From Azolla caroliniana (lineage: Eukaryota > Plantae > Polypodiophyta): a DNA stretch of 64,000 nt. The position numbers were made by a program, and so were the translations under genes. The stretch's first letter is position 1. Each line of letters opens with the position of its first letter. The DNA is taken from positions 4,898,001 to 4,962,000 of the forward strand of contig JBHGNT010000011.1 of the NCBI GenBank assembly GCA_043228905.1. The letters run 5' to 3'. The notes beneath the pieces are model-generated. The model had not been told where the DNA came from and made no database searches. It saw nothing but the letters and a program-made list of their open reading frames with translations. This document shows positions 9,893 to 22,318 of the stretch, piece after piece.

Positions 9893-12800
9893 ACGTATTA
9901 CACGTTCCGACAATCACGTTCAGACAGATCGTCGACCAGGGGATGCAGGTGCGGTTTATGCACCTTGGGTGCTTCATTGAGGAAGAGGGCCAGATTATTG
10001 CGCAAGGGCGTAGAGACGAGAGGATGTTTATCCTAGACACCAATGACGTTGGCACCGCTCTGTTTGCTAAAGGACAGAAGGTCGAATCGGACATCGACCT
10101 GTGGCACAAGCGGATAGGCCACGTCAATTACCGGAGGCTTCAAGACCTGCAAGCGAAACAAGTTGTTTTCGGTTTGCTGAAGTTCAGCGGCCGGAAGGCC
10201 CAAGTATGTGAAGCCTGCCAAATCGGGAAGGAACACCGGCTTCCATTCCCTACTGAACATAACCAGAGCCGTAACAAGTTCGACCTAATCCATTCGGATG
10301 TCTGGGGACCGGCATAGAATGTTAGTCTTGGCGGGAGTCGATATTTCTTCTCCTTCATCGACGACTATACGTGGCACACATGGATCTACCTCATTGAGCG
10401 GAAGAGTGAATTCTTTGAGTGTTTCAGGAGTCTCCAAAGCATGGTGGAACGGGAATCAGAGAGGAAGATCAAATGCTTGCGGTCGGATGGTGGGAAAGAA
10501 TACTTTTCCGGCCAATTCAACAATTATCTGCAGCAAACGGGAATTCGGCGAGAGTTCAGCTGCGGATACACACCGCAACAGAACGGTGTTGCTGAGAGGA
10601 AGAACCGATCGCTTATTGATGTGGCAAGGGCAATGCTGGAGGAGAAGAGCATGCCCAAATTCTACTGGGCGGAGGCAGTCCAAACGGTTGTCTACATCTA
10701 GAACCGGATCGATGACAAGGTGTCAGCTCACGAGCTGTATTTCGGGCGAAAGCCGAATTTGAGACACCTTAAGATCTTCGGTAGCATTGCATATGTGCAT
10801 ATACCATATGAGAAGCGGAGGAAGTTGGATTCAAAATCGGAAAAATGCATCCTAGTTGCCTATGCTCAAGAGCAAAAGGGTTATAAGTGTTATAACCCCC
10901 GGACAAAGCAGGTCCAAGTTAGTCGAGATGTCGAGTTCGATGAATCGGCATCGTGGTACTCCTTACCGGCTCCGACTTCCGAATCCGACCCAATGCCGGA
11001 GGATGAGGCTAGTGCGCCTGAACTGGCCCAAGTAGATGATGATGAAGTGTGGACTCAGGATGAGAGTTCGGAATCATTTCGGTTGAGTGGACCAAATGAG
11101 AGACTGAGTCAATCTGACCAATCTGATGAGGAACCGGCAAGTAGTGGAGACTCTGTCGTGCACTCCCCGCGCAAGGAACCGAGGAGACAGTTCACGCGCA
11201 AAGAGAAGGGGAAGAAGAAGATGCCGGAATTCGAAACCGGCAATGATGAGTCGGATTGGTGTGCATCCGACTACGCCAAGTAGAATGGTGGATCTTCGGC
11301 AACGAAGACCGAACCGGCCAAGAAGGGCCTAAAATCGAGTAACGGTGAGCTACGCTGGCCTACCCGCCAGAAGGATCCCGTCAAACGGTACGGGTACAAT
11401 GAGTATATGGCGCATCACCACACGTACATGACTAAGGTGGCAGAAGGGCATGAGCCAGGGAGCTACGCAGAAGCGGCAAAGGATGCAAATTGGCGTGCCG
11501 CTGCGAACGAGACATGGGACCTGGTTGACCCTCCTCGTCACTCTTAACCGATCGGATGCAAGTGGGTGTACAAAGTAAAGTACAACACTGACGGTTCGGT
11601 TAACCGGTACAAAGCCCGGTTAGTGGCGAAGGGATATGCACAGACCCACGGAATCGACTACAACGAGACCTTCGCTCCTGTAGCGAAGATGACGACGGTT
11701 CGAGTGGTGTTGGCGGTTACTGCAGCAAGGGGGTGGCATCTTCATCAGATGGATGTGAAGAATGCATTTCTTCAAGATCACCTTGAAGAAGAAGTCTTTA
11801 TGACTCAGCCTCCCGGTTTTCAATCGGAGATGAACAAGTCGGCGATATGATGGCTGAAGAAGTTGTTGTACGGCCTGAAGCAAGCCCCTCGAGCTTGGAA
11901 TGCAAAGATCACACACTTGTTGCGTAAGATGGGGTTTGTGACCTCCAAATCGAACTCTTCATTGTTCATCCGGCAAGGCTTAGCCGGTCCGGTATGTATA
12001 TTGTTGTATGTTGATGAACTAGTCATCACCGGACCGGGTGTTCCAGAAATCAACCGCGTCAAGTCCCAGTTGTCGGACGCATTTGAGATTAAGGACCTGG
12101 GGGACCTTCATTATTTTCTAGGGATCGAGGTGATCCGAAACCCGGATGGCATATTGCTCTCACAACGACATTACGTCTTGAATGTGTTGTACAAGTTCGG
12201 CATGACAAAATGCTGACTTGTCTCCACACCCTTGGACCGGAACCGGAAGCTTCGTCCCAACTCCGAACCGGCCTGCAACGAGCAACGGTTCCAACAAATT
12301 GTCGGAAGCCTTATTTACTTGACTATCATGCGACCCGACATCAGCTATCCAGTCGGAATGATAAGTTAGTTCATGCAGAAGCCGACCGTGGAGCACCTTC
12401 AGTGCACGCAGCGGATACTGCGATATGTAAGCGGCACGAAGAACCGGGGACTGTTATACCGGCGTCGTATACCCGAAGAGCTGGTCAGTTACACAGATGC
12501 CGATTGGGCCGGCAATGCATCAGATCGTCGATCAACCTCCGGTTACATGTTTTCCCTAGGTAGCACGGTTGTTGCGTGGAGCAGCAAAAAGCATCCAATA
12601 GTTGCTCTGTCCAGCACTGAGGCTGAGTATCAGGGCGCTACCATTGCCACCTGTGAAGCCATCTGGCTTCGGCGACTGCTGCAAGACCTACAGATCGAGG
12701 TACCGACCCCGATTCTGGTCTACTGCGACAACATGAGCAGCATGAAACTCGCCAAGAACCCTGTATTCCAGCTCGCACAAAACACATAGAAGTGCACTAT

Positions 12801-13511
12801 CACTTCGTGCGTGAGCGTGTCCTGAGCAGTGAGGTTGAACTTCAGTATGTTCACATGGATCGGCAAGTTGCCGACATCTTCACCAAACCACTCAGATCGG
12901 ACAAGTTGCAGCACGTCACCGAAATTCTTGGTGTTCAGCATCTCGACGTGCCACACTTGAGGGGGAGAACGGGCAAAGACACCAGAACGGGCAAAGGCAA
13001 AGAGACTGTTGATTGCGCCGATGAGGGAAGAATAGAAGGCGGCAGAGTCAAGAAGGACAAAGCCGACCGAAGGAAGAAGGCCAAGTCCCGGACATGGTCT
13101 GATGTGGTGAAAGGCTTGGAACCAGAAGACGATTCGGGAGCAACCGATTCGGATAAGAGCTGGAACGAATCGGAGACAGTTGATTTGGTTCAAAAGACGG
13201 ATTCAGAAGAACCGGATCAATTCAAGGCCAAGCCAACACGGATGTAGCGGAAGTCGATGCCATCGCGGAGGAACCGACGGATTGATAAGCGCCGGAGTCA
13301 TAACAACGAAGGAGCTGAGAGGGGCCTATTGAGCAGACATACCGACCGAGAAGGTCGAGGCGCGCAGAACAAGAGGGGTTGCGGCAAACAGAACATGACC
13401 GAACGAGGAGCACGAGCAAGGCGGAGCAACGCCAAGAGAAGTCGGTTGGAAGAACCGACTGCCACAAAGACTGACACTAGGATCCAACCTCAAGTTGAGC
13501 TTGAGGGGGAG

Positions 13512-13841
13512 TGTTGAGCGGCAAGCAACAGAGCCAGTGAGTTGGGGAGTCGGTTAGCCGGATCCAATCGGTAATCGGAAGCCTAGTATTAGTTTAGACT
13601 ACTAGGCAATTATAGTCTCATAGTAAGTGTCAGAAGCTCGTGTGAGCATTGAAGTGTGCGGTACTTCTATCAGTCCCATGAGGACTTGTATAAATAGTGC
13701 TACTGAGCATAGTTGTATATACAGAGTGATTATATTGTTTTGAATATAGCTTTTACGTTTTGCTCTCTCTGTCTCTCCCGTGTACTCTGTGTATTCTCTA
13801 CTTTCTCTGTTTTCTAACGCTTCCGCAAGTAATCGTTTACA
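13512..13841 (+). repeat. Copia-B 3' LTR
   Basis: Follows PPT GAGGGGGAG; ends TTTACA before TSD GGGTG. Confidence 0.95.
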
Positions 13842-13846
13842 GGGTG

Positions 13847-14122
13847 CAACTTTCAAGGATACAAAGAAACTTTTGCATGAAGTAATGTGCTTTGAAGCAC
13901 CACTATCAAAGAACCAATCCGAATCAATCTCACTTACAACCATACATTTAGAGTGTAATGATGCATCATAATGATATGTAACAACACATGCCCAATAATC
14001 TTGGACAATGTTGGCCTCATCACTCTTTGCACTTGAAACATTTTCAGAAATGGTCTTGTCGGATTCCTTCTTCTTCTCATTGCGCTTAACAAGCTTTCTA
14101 CACTCTTGAATCGTATGGCCAA
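13847..14122 (-). pseudogene. Copia-A fragment: end of zinc knuckle and protease
   Basis: GHTIQECRK ... WFFDSGASKHIT; joins 28398 (CKYCRKV) and 417. Confidence 0.85.
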
Positions 14123-14634
14123 TGTTATAGGTTTTAGGGTTATGGTTAAGGAAGATGATATCATGATAAAGATAGAGATGGTGGTTATGATGATGATGGA
14201 GAGTATGGGATTGATGGCGAGAGAGATCATGTGCATTGAGAAGCATTGCGGGGTGGGGGGTGGTGCTTAGAATGGCTCCACCCCCCTCCCAAGGGCATTC
14301 AACGTTGAGGGGGGAGAGAGAGAGAAAGAGAGATGACAAGAGAGAGAGAGAGATTGAGAGAGACAATGATCATTCATGTTTCATTCATTCGCCATAAGGG
14401 GTTAAATAGTACAAGAGGGGGTAGATACATAGGGGTGTAAGCCCCATTGACCATTCATACTGGACACTCACTCACACCTCCTCGTATCCAGCCCCATGCA
14501 CACACGTGTGCATGTGTTCACATACGTATAGACTCACAACTACATTTATACCCCCTACACATACACAACATCATGATAACATTCGACCCTCGCTCATCAC
14601 ACTTGACTCTCCGTACATCTCGTACGGGGTAACA
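14123..14634 (-). repeat. Element D 3' LTR
   Basis: 512 bp, TGTTA..TAACA; contains (GA)n and a minus-strand TATTTAA. Confidence 0.9.
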
Positions 14635-15774
14635 CCATATGTCACGCCCGTGGGAAAGTGCCTTGCACGTCGATCCCACATGCCTTGATGATGATATTTC
14701 TTCGACCGGAACTTCCATCGGTCCTTTCAACGATCAACTCCCTCGATCGGAGTGCTTGACTCGAACATCTCCGTCGGTCAGCGACTCTTTTGCGACACGA
14801 ACATTCTCGTTCTGTCGACTTACGAACTTTGGTAACACCATTTGGGTCGTCAAAAAATATTGTATGTATGTGTGTTCTTCTTTGTATCTTATGAGTCACG
14901 TGTGGATCACATCCATTTCTTTTAGGTTGATGAGTTTTTGAAATTCCGTTGGTGCCTTTCGGTTTTGAAAATTCTAGTATGTACCCTCATGTTTTTAAAA
15001 ATTTTGCACATGCCCTTAGGTTTTTTTCGAAATTCCTTGGATGCTTTTTATCCTTCTCTTTTTCTCCCACTCTTTTTTCTGTTTTCTATCTGCTTTTCTC
15101 CTCTCTCTCTCTCTCTCTTGGTTCTGTTTCTTCTCATACTCTTGTCATTCTTGCGGTTCCTTCTTAGCCGTTTGTCTCAGCTTTTAACTTCCTCTTCCTC
15201 CTCTTTCTTTCTGCTTTCGTTTCCCGCTTCTCTTTGCCTTCCTTTCTCTCCTCTCTTCATCTGCTTCTTCTTCCGTATTTGTCTTCTTCTCCCTTTCTCG
15301 TTTTTCTCCATCCTCTGTTCTATGCCTTCTCTTCCTTCTCTTCTATACTCTGCACTTTCTTCTCTGTGTGTTCTAGTTCCTTCTCTGTTTCTGGCGATCC
15401 AGCAGTCCGGGTGTTCGGTTGTTCGTTCTTTCTCTCATTCGAAGGTCTCTTCGTCACTATCTCCATTTCTTTGTCTCTATCGGTCTACCGGCCACTCATG
15501 ACCGTTGGTTGTCCCCACTCCTCTATTTGTCGCCTACACTGTCCGGCCCATCGTTTCGGCGTCAGTTGTCCGGCCTTTGTGGCCGCATTTCAGCCACTCC
15601 GGCCATTCCGGCTGCATTTCGGCCACTTCTGTGTATTTTGGCCGCCCCGACCGCAGATGATTGCTTCCCGGTCGCCGCCCTGTTTTCAGCCACTTCTTTC
15701 GCCGTCATTGTCCGGCACTGTCATTTGTCTTCCGGTTCATCCCTTTGTCCGTCCCGGTCCGTTTTAGTCCGTCC

Positions 15775-16381
15775 TGTTGGGATTACGGTCCCTCCGGATG
15801 GGATGGTCAGATGTCCGGGAATCGGGAATGAAGACCCGGATGATGAAGACCCGGCTACGGAGCCGGATGATGAAGACCCCGGCTACGGAGCCGGATGACG
15901 AATGTACCCGGAGAGAGATCCGGATGCGGGGACATATTTGTGAATATGTTTGCCAAGGGCCCTCTAGGCTATATTTGTAAATAGCCCGAAAGTCATATGT
16001 GTATAAATATGACTTAGGGCAAACAGTTTTGTTGTTGTTGCTCATTTTTCTGTTTTCTACTTAGAGGGAGCGAAGTGAGAGCAGCCGAGAGAGAGAGTGA
16101 GCGAGAGAGAAAGGAAGAGGTCGACGCCTCTGTGTAATACCGCCGCCTATGGCGAGGACAGCGAGCTCAAGGTCGTCGCCTTGCAGCTCGCCATTGTACA
16201 TTCCCTGCGTGTAGTGATAGTTGGAGTCTTGCACTCCCGTGGTTTTTCCCGTCTAGGGTTTTCCACGCTAAACCCTGTGCATTCGAGTCTCTCTCTGTGT
16301 TTTTCGATTTACTACTGCACTGACTCGTGTGTCCTCGGTTGTGGCCGAGAGGTGAAGGTTTCGAAGCGTCGATTCCCAACA
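15775..16381 (+). repeat. Copia-E 5' LTR with CCGG tandem array
   Basis: TGTTGGG..CCCAACA; 28-bp unit GGAGCCGGATGATGAAGACCCCGGCTAC. Confidence 0.95.
15967..16013 (+). promoter_or_regulatory. LTR core promoter region: TATAAAT within a double inverted repeat
   Basis: GGCTATATTTGTAAATAGCC followed by GTCATATGTGTATAAATATGAC; conserved in the E, F, H, I and L LTRs. Confidence 0.6.
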
Positions 16382-16412
16382 ATCTGGTATCAGAGCGACT
16401 GCAGTGCAGAAA

Positions 16413-19400
16413 ATGGAAGGCGGCAGCAGCGGGCAGCCGGGGATGATGGTGCTGAATGCGCAGAACTACGCCGACTGGAAGATAAAGATGGAGGATCTGC
16501 TCATTGTTCGGGACCTGTATGAACCGATCGACAGGTCGGAAATACCCAAGGGGGTACTTGAGACGGAATGGAGGCTTCTGAACCGGAAAGCCGTTGCAAC
16601 CATTCGACAATATGTCGACGTGAGCGTTCTACAACATGTGGCGAACGACACCAACGCATATGAGATGTGGCAGAAGCTGTCGGGCCTCTACGAGAGGAAG
16701 AATGCGTTGAACCGGACCTCCCTGATGAGGAAGATAGTGAACCTCAAGTACTGGGACGGCGAGAGTATGGTGGAACACGTAAGCACGTTCATGGGATTCG
16801 TGAACCAGCTTGCGGCGATCAAGTTCCCGTTGGAGGATGCAATGCAAGCCATCATGCTGATGTGTACATTGCCGGAAAGCTGGGAGAACATGGTGGTGAC
16901 TCTCAGCACCTCCTGCACCGAAGATAACTTGTCCCTACAAATGGTAAAGACAAGCATTTTGAACGAAGAAGCGCGTCGGAGAGATAAAGAACCGGCCTCC
17001 GATCCGAAGATGCTGCTTACCGAATCGGATCGGGGAAGACAACGGAACCGGAGTCCGCAAAGACGGGAGAAGTCGGGGACCCGGTCGCAGTCAAGAGGAA
17101 GGCCCGCATGCTTCCACTGTGGGAAGCCGGGGCACTTCCAAAAGAATTGTCGGCATTACCGAAAAGACAACGGAGCCGACGACACCAATTCGAAGAAGTC
17201 TTCGGAACGGAACGGTGCTTACCGGGGAGCCACGGACCGGAATGGTTCGGATCGGCGAGGGCAGGACCGGAAAGGAACGACGGCACTCGCGGCAAGTGAA
17301 GAGGAGATCATGCTCATCACCGAAGAAGGTGAACTAAACATTGCCGGCGATGAGACTACCTGGGTGGTCGATTCCGGAGCGTCGTTCCACCTGACCCCGG
17401 AAAGAAGATACTTCTCATCCTACACAGCCGGTGAGCATGGCTGTGTTCGGATGGGAAATGAAGGTACGTGCCGGATTGCTGGCATAGGAGACGTGTGGTT
17501 GACAACCTCGACCGGATGCAAAATGTTGCTGAAGGATGTCCAACACGTTCAGGAGGTTCGATTGAACCTGATTTCGGCCGGGAGGCTAGACGATGAAGGC
17601 TACACAGGTAGCATCCGGAACTGCGTAATGAAGTTCAGCAAGGGGAGCCTGATAGTGGCTCGGGCCCGGAAAGTCAACACACTGTACCTTATGAATGCCT
17701 GGTTGTGTCCGGAGGAGTTGAACGTGGCAGCCGACACTGCCGGTGAGCTGTGGCACAAGAGACTGTGCCACATGAGTGAGAAGGGGATGAAGAGGCTTGC
17801 AGAAGACAACCTTATTCGAGTGAAGCATGTGCACCTGGAGAAGTGCACCGATTGCCTGGCCGGTAAACAGAACCGAACCTCCTTCCACTCAAGGCCACCG
17901 ACGAGACGTAGCGCACCATTGGAGTTGGTGCACACTGACGTGTGTCAAGTAGAAACGAAGTCACATGGCGGAGCCCAGTACTTCGTGACATTCATTGATG
18001 ACCACAGCCGGAAGCTGTGGACGGCACCGTTGAAGACAAAGGACCAAGTGTTGTGCGTCTTCAAAGAACTCCACGTGAGAGTGGAAAGGGAATCCGGCAA
18101 GAAGCTGAAAGCGATACGAGCGGATAACGGAGGGGAATACCGGGGGCAGTTCGAGGAGTACTGTCGCTCGAAGGGAATCCGGCTCGAGTTTACTGTGCCG
18201 AAGATGCCGGAACTGAACGGGCTGGCCGAGAGGATGAACCGGACCATAATGGAGAGGGTCCGGAGTATGCTGGCGCATGCGAAATTACCCAAGGGGTTTT
18301 GGGCTGAGGCAATGTCGACGGCGACATACGTGATAAACAGATCACCCTCAGTACCTTTGGACGGAGACATGCCGCAGAGAGTGTGGACCGGTAGGGAAGT
18401 ATCCTACCGGCATCTGAAGGTGTTCGGGTGTCTCGCATATGTGCATGTGGCAAAGAACCGGAGAGGAAAGCTAGATCCAAAGACCCGACCATGCATATTC
18501 CTCGGTTACGGCGATGACGAGTTCGGCTACCGAGTATGGGACCCGGTCGACAAAAAGATATTCCGGAGTCGTGATATCATCTTCATGGAGGACAAGACAC
18601 TCGCCGACTGGGAGTCGGAGAAGAAGATGAAGAGCTCCAAGTCGACCGGTGAGGATCAACTCTACGAGGAGCAGTCCCGACCGGCAAGGGACAGGTTAGC
18701 ACTCGAGGATCCGGCCGAAGACGGTGAAGAAACAGAACCGGCCGAGGAAGATGAAACTGATACCGGAACCGGCCCCGATCCCGAAATGGATTCGGATGAA
18801 GAGGAAACGGAGGAGCCGGTTACCGAAGCTCCGGAACGGAGATATCCTCTAAGAGAGAGAAGGGCCCCCCGGAGATTTCCGGAACCAGAGCACGTGCTGC
18901 TAACCGACGAGGGGGAGCCGGAGAGTTTTGAAGAAGCAAAGCTTGACACCCATAGCCGCAGGTGGTTAAGTGCCATGCAGGAGGAGATGGATTCCCTGCA
19001 TGAGAACCACACATATGAACTTGTGGAGTTGCCGAAAGGAAAGCGGGCACTTCGAAACAAGTGGGTGTTCAAGCTGAAACCGGGAGATGCCGGAAATCCC
19101 CCGAGATACAAAGCCAGGATCGTGGTGAAGGGGTTCCAACAGAAGAAGGGCGTCGACTTCGACGAGATATTTGCCCCGGTAGTGAAGATGACCTCCATCC
19201 GGACGATGCTGAGCATAGCGGCAAGCATGGACCTCGAGGTAGAACAGATGGACGTGAAGACGGCATTCCTTCACGGTGACCTCGAAGAAGAGATCTACAT
19301 GCAGCAACCGGAAGGATTCGAGAAGAAAGGGAAGGAGCACCTGCTATGCCGGTTGAAGAAGAGCCTTTACGGACTGAAGCAGGCTCCCCGGCAATGGTAC

Positions 19401-20486
19401 CGGAAGTTCAACTCTTTCATGACCGACGAAGGGTACCACAAAACGCAGTCCGATCACTGCGTGTTTGTGAAGAAGTTCGAAGGAGGAGACTTTCTAATAC
19501 TCCTGCTGTACGTGGACGACATGTTGATCGTCGGACGGGACCAGGTCAAGATACGGATGCTAAAGAAAGCGCTTCACCGAACCTTCTCAATGAAGGACCT
19601 GGGTCCGGCGAGGCAAATACTAGGGATGCACATCATCCGGTACCGGAAGAAGAAGCAGTTGTGGCTGTCACAGGAGAAGTACGTGACAAAGGTGCTTCAC
19701 CGGTTCAACATGTCGGAAGCAAGACCGGTCGGGTCAACCCTCCCGGCAAACTGCAAGTTGTCCAGCAAGCAAAGCCCCAAGACAAAGGCTGAGAAGGAGG
19801 ACATGATGAAAGTACCATATGCCTCTGCCGTCGGAAGCTTGATGTACGCAATGGTGTGTACAAGACCGGACATAGGATATGCAGTCGGAGTGGTGAGCCG
19901 GTACATGAGCAATCCCGGCAAAGAGCACTGGAACGCGGCCAAGTGGATACTCCGATACCTGAAGGGCACGGCAAACGTGTGCCTCCGATTCGGCTCCGGT
20001 AAGCCCGAACTCGACGGCTTTACCGATTCGGATATGTCGGCTGATGCAGATACCAGCCGATCCACATCAGGGTATGTGATGACGTATGCAGGGGGAGCTG
20101 TTTCGTGGCAGTCGAGGCTGCAGAAGACGGTTGCGTTGTCAACCACGGAGGCGGAGTACATGGCGGCTGTAGAAGCCGGAAAGGAAATAATATGGATGAA
20201 GGACTTCATTAGAGAGCTCGGTATCCGGCAGGAGGAGTACTGACTCTACTGCGACAGTCAGAGTGCCATCCACCTTGCGAAGAATGCGGCCTATCACTCC
20301 CGGACGAAGCACATCCAGCGAAGATATCACTGGATCCGGGAAAGGATAGAAGACCAGGAGTTCGTGCTGACGAAGATCCACACGGACGAGAACGGGTCAG
20401 ATATGTTGACCAAAGTGCTCACACCCGACAAGCTGGAAGCGTGCCGGAAGAGGGTCGGACTGGAAAGACATCCCATGCCGAATTGA
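16413..20486 (+). pseudogene. gag-pol: Copia-E Gag-Pol with one premature stop in RNase H (CGA>TGA at 20241-20243)
   Basis: ORF 16413-20243, then in-frame continuation to TGA at 20486; same 4074-nt length as the intact F ORF; CFHCGKPGHFQKNC, WVVDSGAS, IRADNGGEY, YVDD, FTDSD. Confidence 0.93.
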
Positions 20487-20496
20487 AGGGGGAGTT

Positions 20497-21131
20497 TGTT
20501 GGGATTACGGTCCCTCCGGATGGGATGGTCAGATGTCCGGGAATCGGGAATGAAGACCCGGATGATGAAGACCCGGCTACGGAGCCGGATGATGAAGACC
20601 CCGGCTACGGAGCCGGATGATGAAGACCCCGGCTACGGAGCCGGATGACGAATGTACCCGGAGAGAGATCCGGATGCGGGGACATATTTGTGAATATGTT
20701 TGCCAAGGGCCCTCTAGGCTATATTTGTAAATAGCCCGAAAGTCATATGTGTATAAATATGACTTAGGGCAAACAGTTTTGTTGTTGTTGCTCATTTTTC
20801 TGTTTTCTACTTAGAGGGAGCGAAGTGAGAGCAGCCGAGAGAGAGAGTGAGCGAGAGAGAAAGGAAGAGGTCGACGCCTCTGTGTAATACCGCCGCCTGT
20901 GGCGAGGACAGCGAGCTCAAGGTCGTCGCCTTGCAGCTCGCCATTGTACATTCCCTGCGTGTAGTGATAGTTGGAGTCTTGCACTCCCGTGGTTTTTCCC
21001 GTCTAGGGTTTTCCACGCTAAACCCTGTGCATTCGAGTCTCTCTCTGTGTTTTTCGATTTACTACTGCAGTGACTCGTGTGTCCTCGGTTGTGGCCGAGA
21101 GGTGAAGGTTTCGAAGCGTCGATTCCCAACA
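20497..21131 (+). repeat. Copia-E 3' LTR
   Basis: 635-bp copy of 15775-16381 with one extra 28-bp unit. Confidence 0.95.
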
Positions 21132-21503
21132 CGTCCGGCTGTTCTTACTGACTATTTCTGGTTATTTCCACCATTTCTTCGTTGGCTATCCGATCGCCAC
21201 TGATCTGGCCGCTGTTCGGCCACTGCCACTACGCTTTGTCATAGCCATCCGGTTGCCACCATTGCTTGCCGTTGGACCACTACTCTGGCCGTTGGTTGTC
21301 TGGCCACCCCAACCCGGCTGCTCCGGCTGCTTTATTAGGTCGTCGCCATACGGATGATGTTCGACTGCCGTCCTGTCTAGCCGCTCTCCGACCATTTCGG
21401 CTCTCCGGCTCCTGTCCAGCCACTCTCGGCCTATCCGACCGCTCGAACTGTTGTCAGGCCACTTTGGCCGCTCGGACTGTTGTCCATCCACTCCGGTCAC
21501 TTC

Positions 21504-22289
21504 TGTTGGGATTTCGGTCCCTCCGGATGGGATGTCCCCGGAGATAAATGACGGCAAGCCCGGTTGCGGTTACGGAACCGGATGATGAAGAGTACCCGGC
21601 ATGAAGCCGGATGAAGAGTACCCGGATGCGGATCCGGATGATGAAGAGTACCCGGCATGAAGCCGGATGAAGAGTACCCGGATACGGAGCCGGATGATGA
21701 AGACCCCGGTTACGGAGCCGGATGATGAAGACCCCGGCTACGGAGCCGGATGATGAAGACCCCGGTTACGGAGCCGGATGATGAAGACCCCGGTTACGGA
21801 GCCGGATGACGAATGTACCCGGAGAGAGATCCGGATGCGGAGACATATTTGTGAATATGTTTGCCAAGAGCCCTTGAGGCTATATTTGTAAATAGCCCGA
21901 AAGTCATATGTGTATAAATATGACTTAGGGCAAACAGTTAAGTCTGTTGTTGCTCATTTTCTGTTTTTCCACTAAGAGGGAGCGAAGTGAGAGCAGCCGA
22001 GATAGAGCGTGAGAGAGGAAGAGGTCGACGCCTCTGTGTAATACCGCCGCCTGTGGCGAAGAAAGCGAGCGCAAGGTCGTTGCCTTGCAGCTCGCCATTG
22101 TATATTTCTCTGTGCATAGTTTGGTTTGGAGTCTCGCACTCCCGTGGTTTTTTCCCGTATAGGGTTTTCCACGTTAATCCCTGTGTACCGTGTCTTTCTC
22201 TGTATTTCCTATTTTCTGCTCCATTGATTCGGAGATTTCTCGGTTGTGGCCGAGTGGTGAAGGTGAATTGGAAGAGCTGATTCTCAACA
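21504..22289 (+). repeat. Copia-F 5' LTR with CCGG tandem array
   Basis: TGTTGGG..CTCAACA; array at about 21556-21840. Confidence 0.95.
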
Positions 22290-22318
22290 ACTGGTATCAG
22301 AGCGAACTGCTGCAGAAA

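Larger units (their letters stand above)
884..13517 (+). pseudogene. gag-pol: Copia-B gag-pol pseudogene (stops, frameshifts, two nested insertions)
   Basis: EKLDRSNYASW (gag), [72 protein letters not shown] in successive ORF fragments. Confidence 0.9.
418..13841 (+). mobile_element. Copia-B: full-length degenerate Ty1/Copia element containing Gypsy-C and solo LTR S
   Basis: LTRs 418-790 and 13512-13841 (TG..CA); TSD GGGTG at 413-417 and 13842-13846; PBS-Met 791-802; PPT 13503-13511; order gag-PR-INT-RT-RH. Confidence 0.95.
15775..21131 (+). mobile_element. Copia-E: young Tnt1/Tto1-like (Tork-type) element
   Basis: LTRs 15775-16381 and 20497-21131 (2 substitutions plus one 28-bp unit); TSD CGTCC; PBS-Met 16385-16396; PPT 20485-20494. 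Lineage call rests on recalled similarity only. Confidence 0.95.

Noticed and set aside
13602-14366. 254-aa ORF with a His-rich tract
   Set aside because: A chimera reading across the D LTR, Copia-A protease and the B LTR; not a gene.
14938-15898. Hydrophobic 159-187 aa ORFs in D as an env-like or membrane protein
   Set aside because: All three frames are open because the strand is C/T-rich and poor in stop codons. The ORFs have non-ATG starts, low complexity and are antisense to the inferred element strand.
19697-20209. Antisense ORFs recurring in E, F, H, I and L (e.g. MKSFIHIIS..)
   Set aside because: Shadow frames of conserved GC-rich pol codons, with no independent motifs.
21556-21840. 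CRISPR-like or ribozyme-like look of the GATGATGAAGA/CCGG arrays
   Set aside because: Units are head-to-tail without unique spacers, no cas genes are present and the context is a eukaryotic LTR. There is no CUGANGA plus GAAA hammerhead core, and the box C-like ATGATGA has no box D partner.
22190-22318. N-terminal extension of the F ORF given in the ORF track
   Set aside because: It runs through the LTR and PBS from a non-ATG codon; the conserved start is the ATG at 22319.
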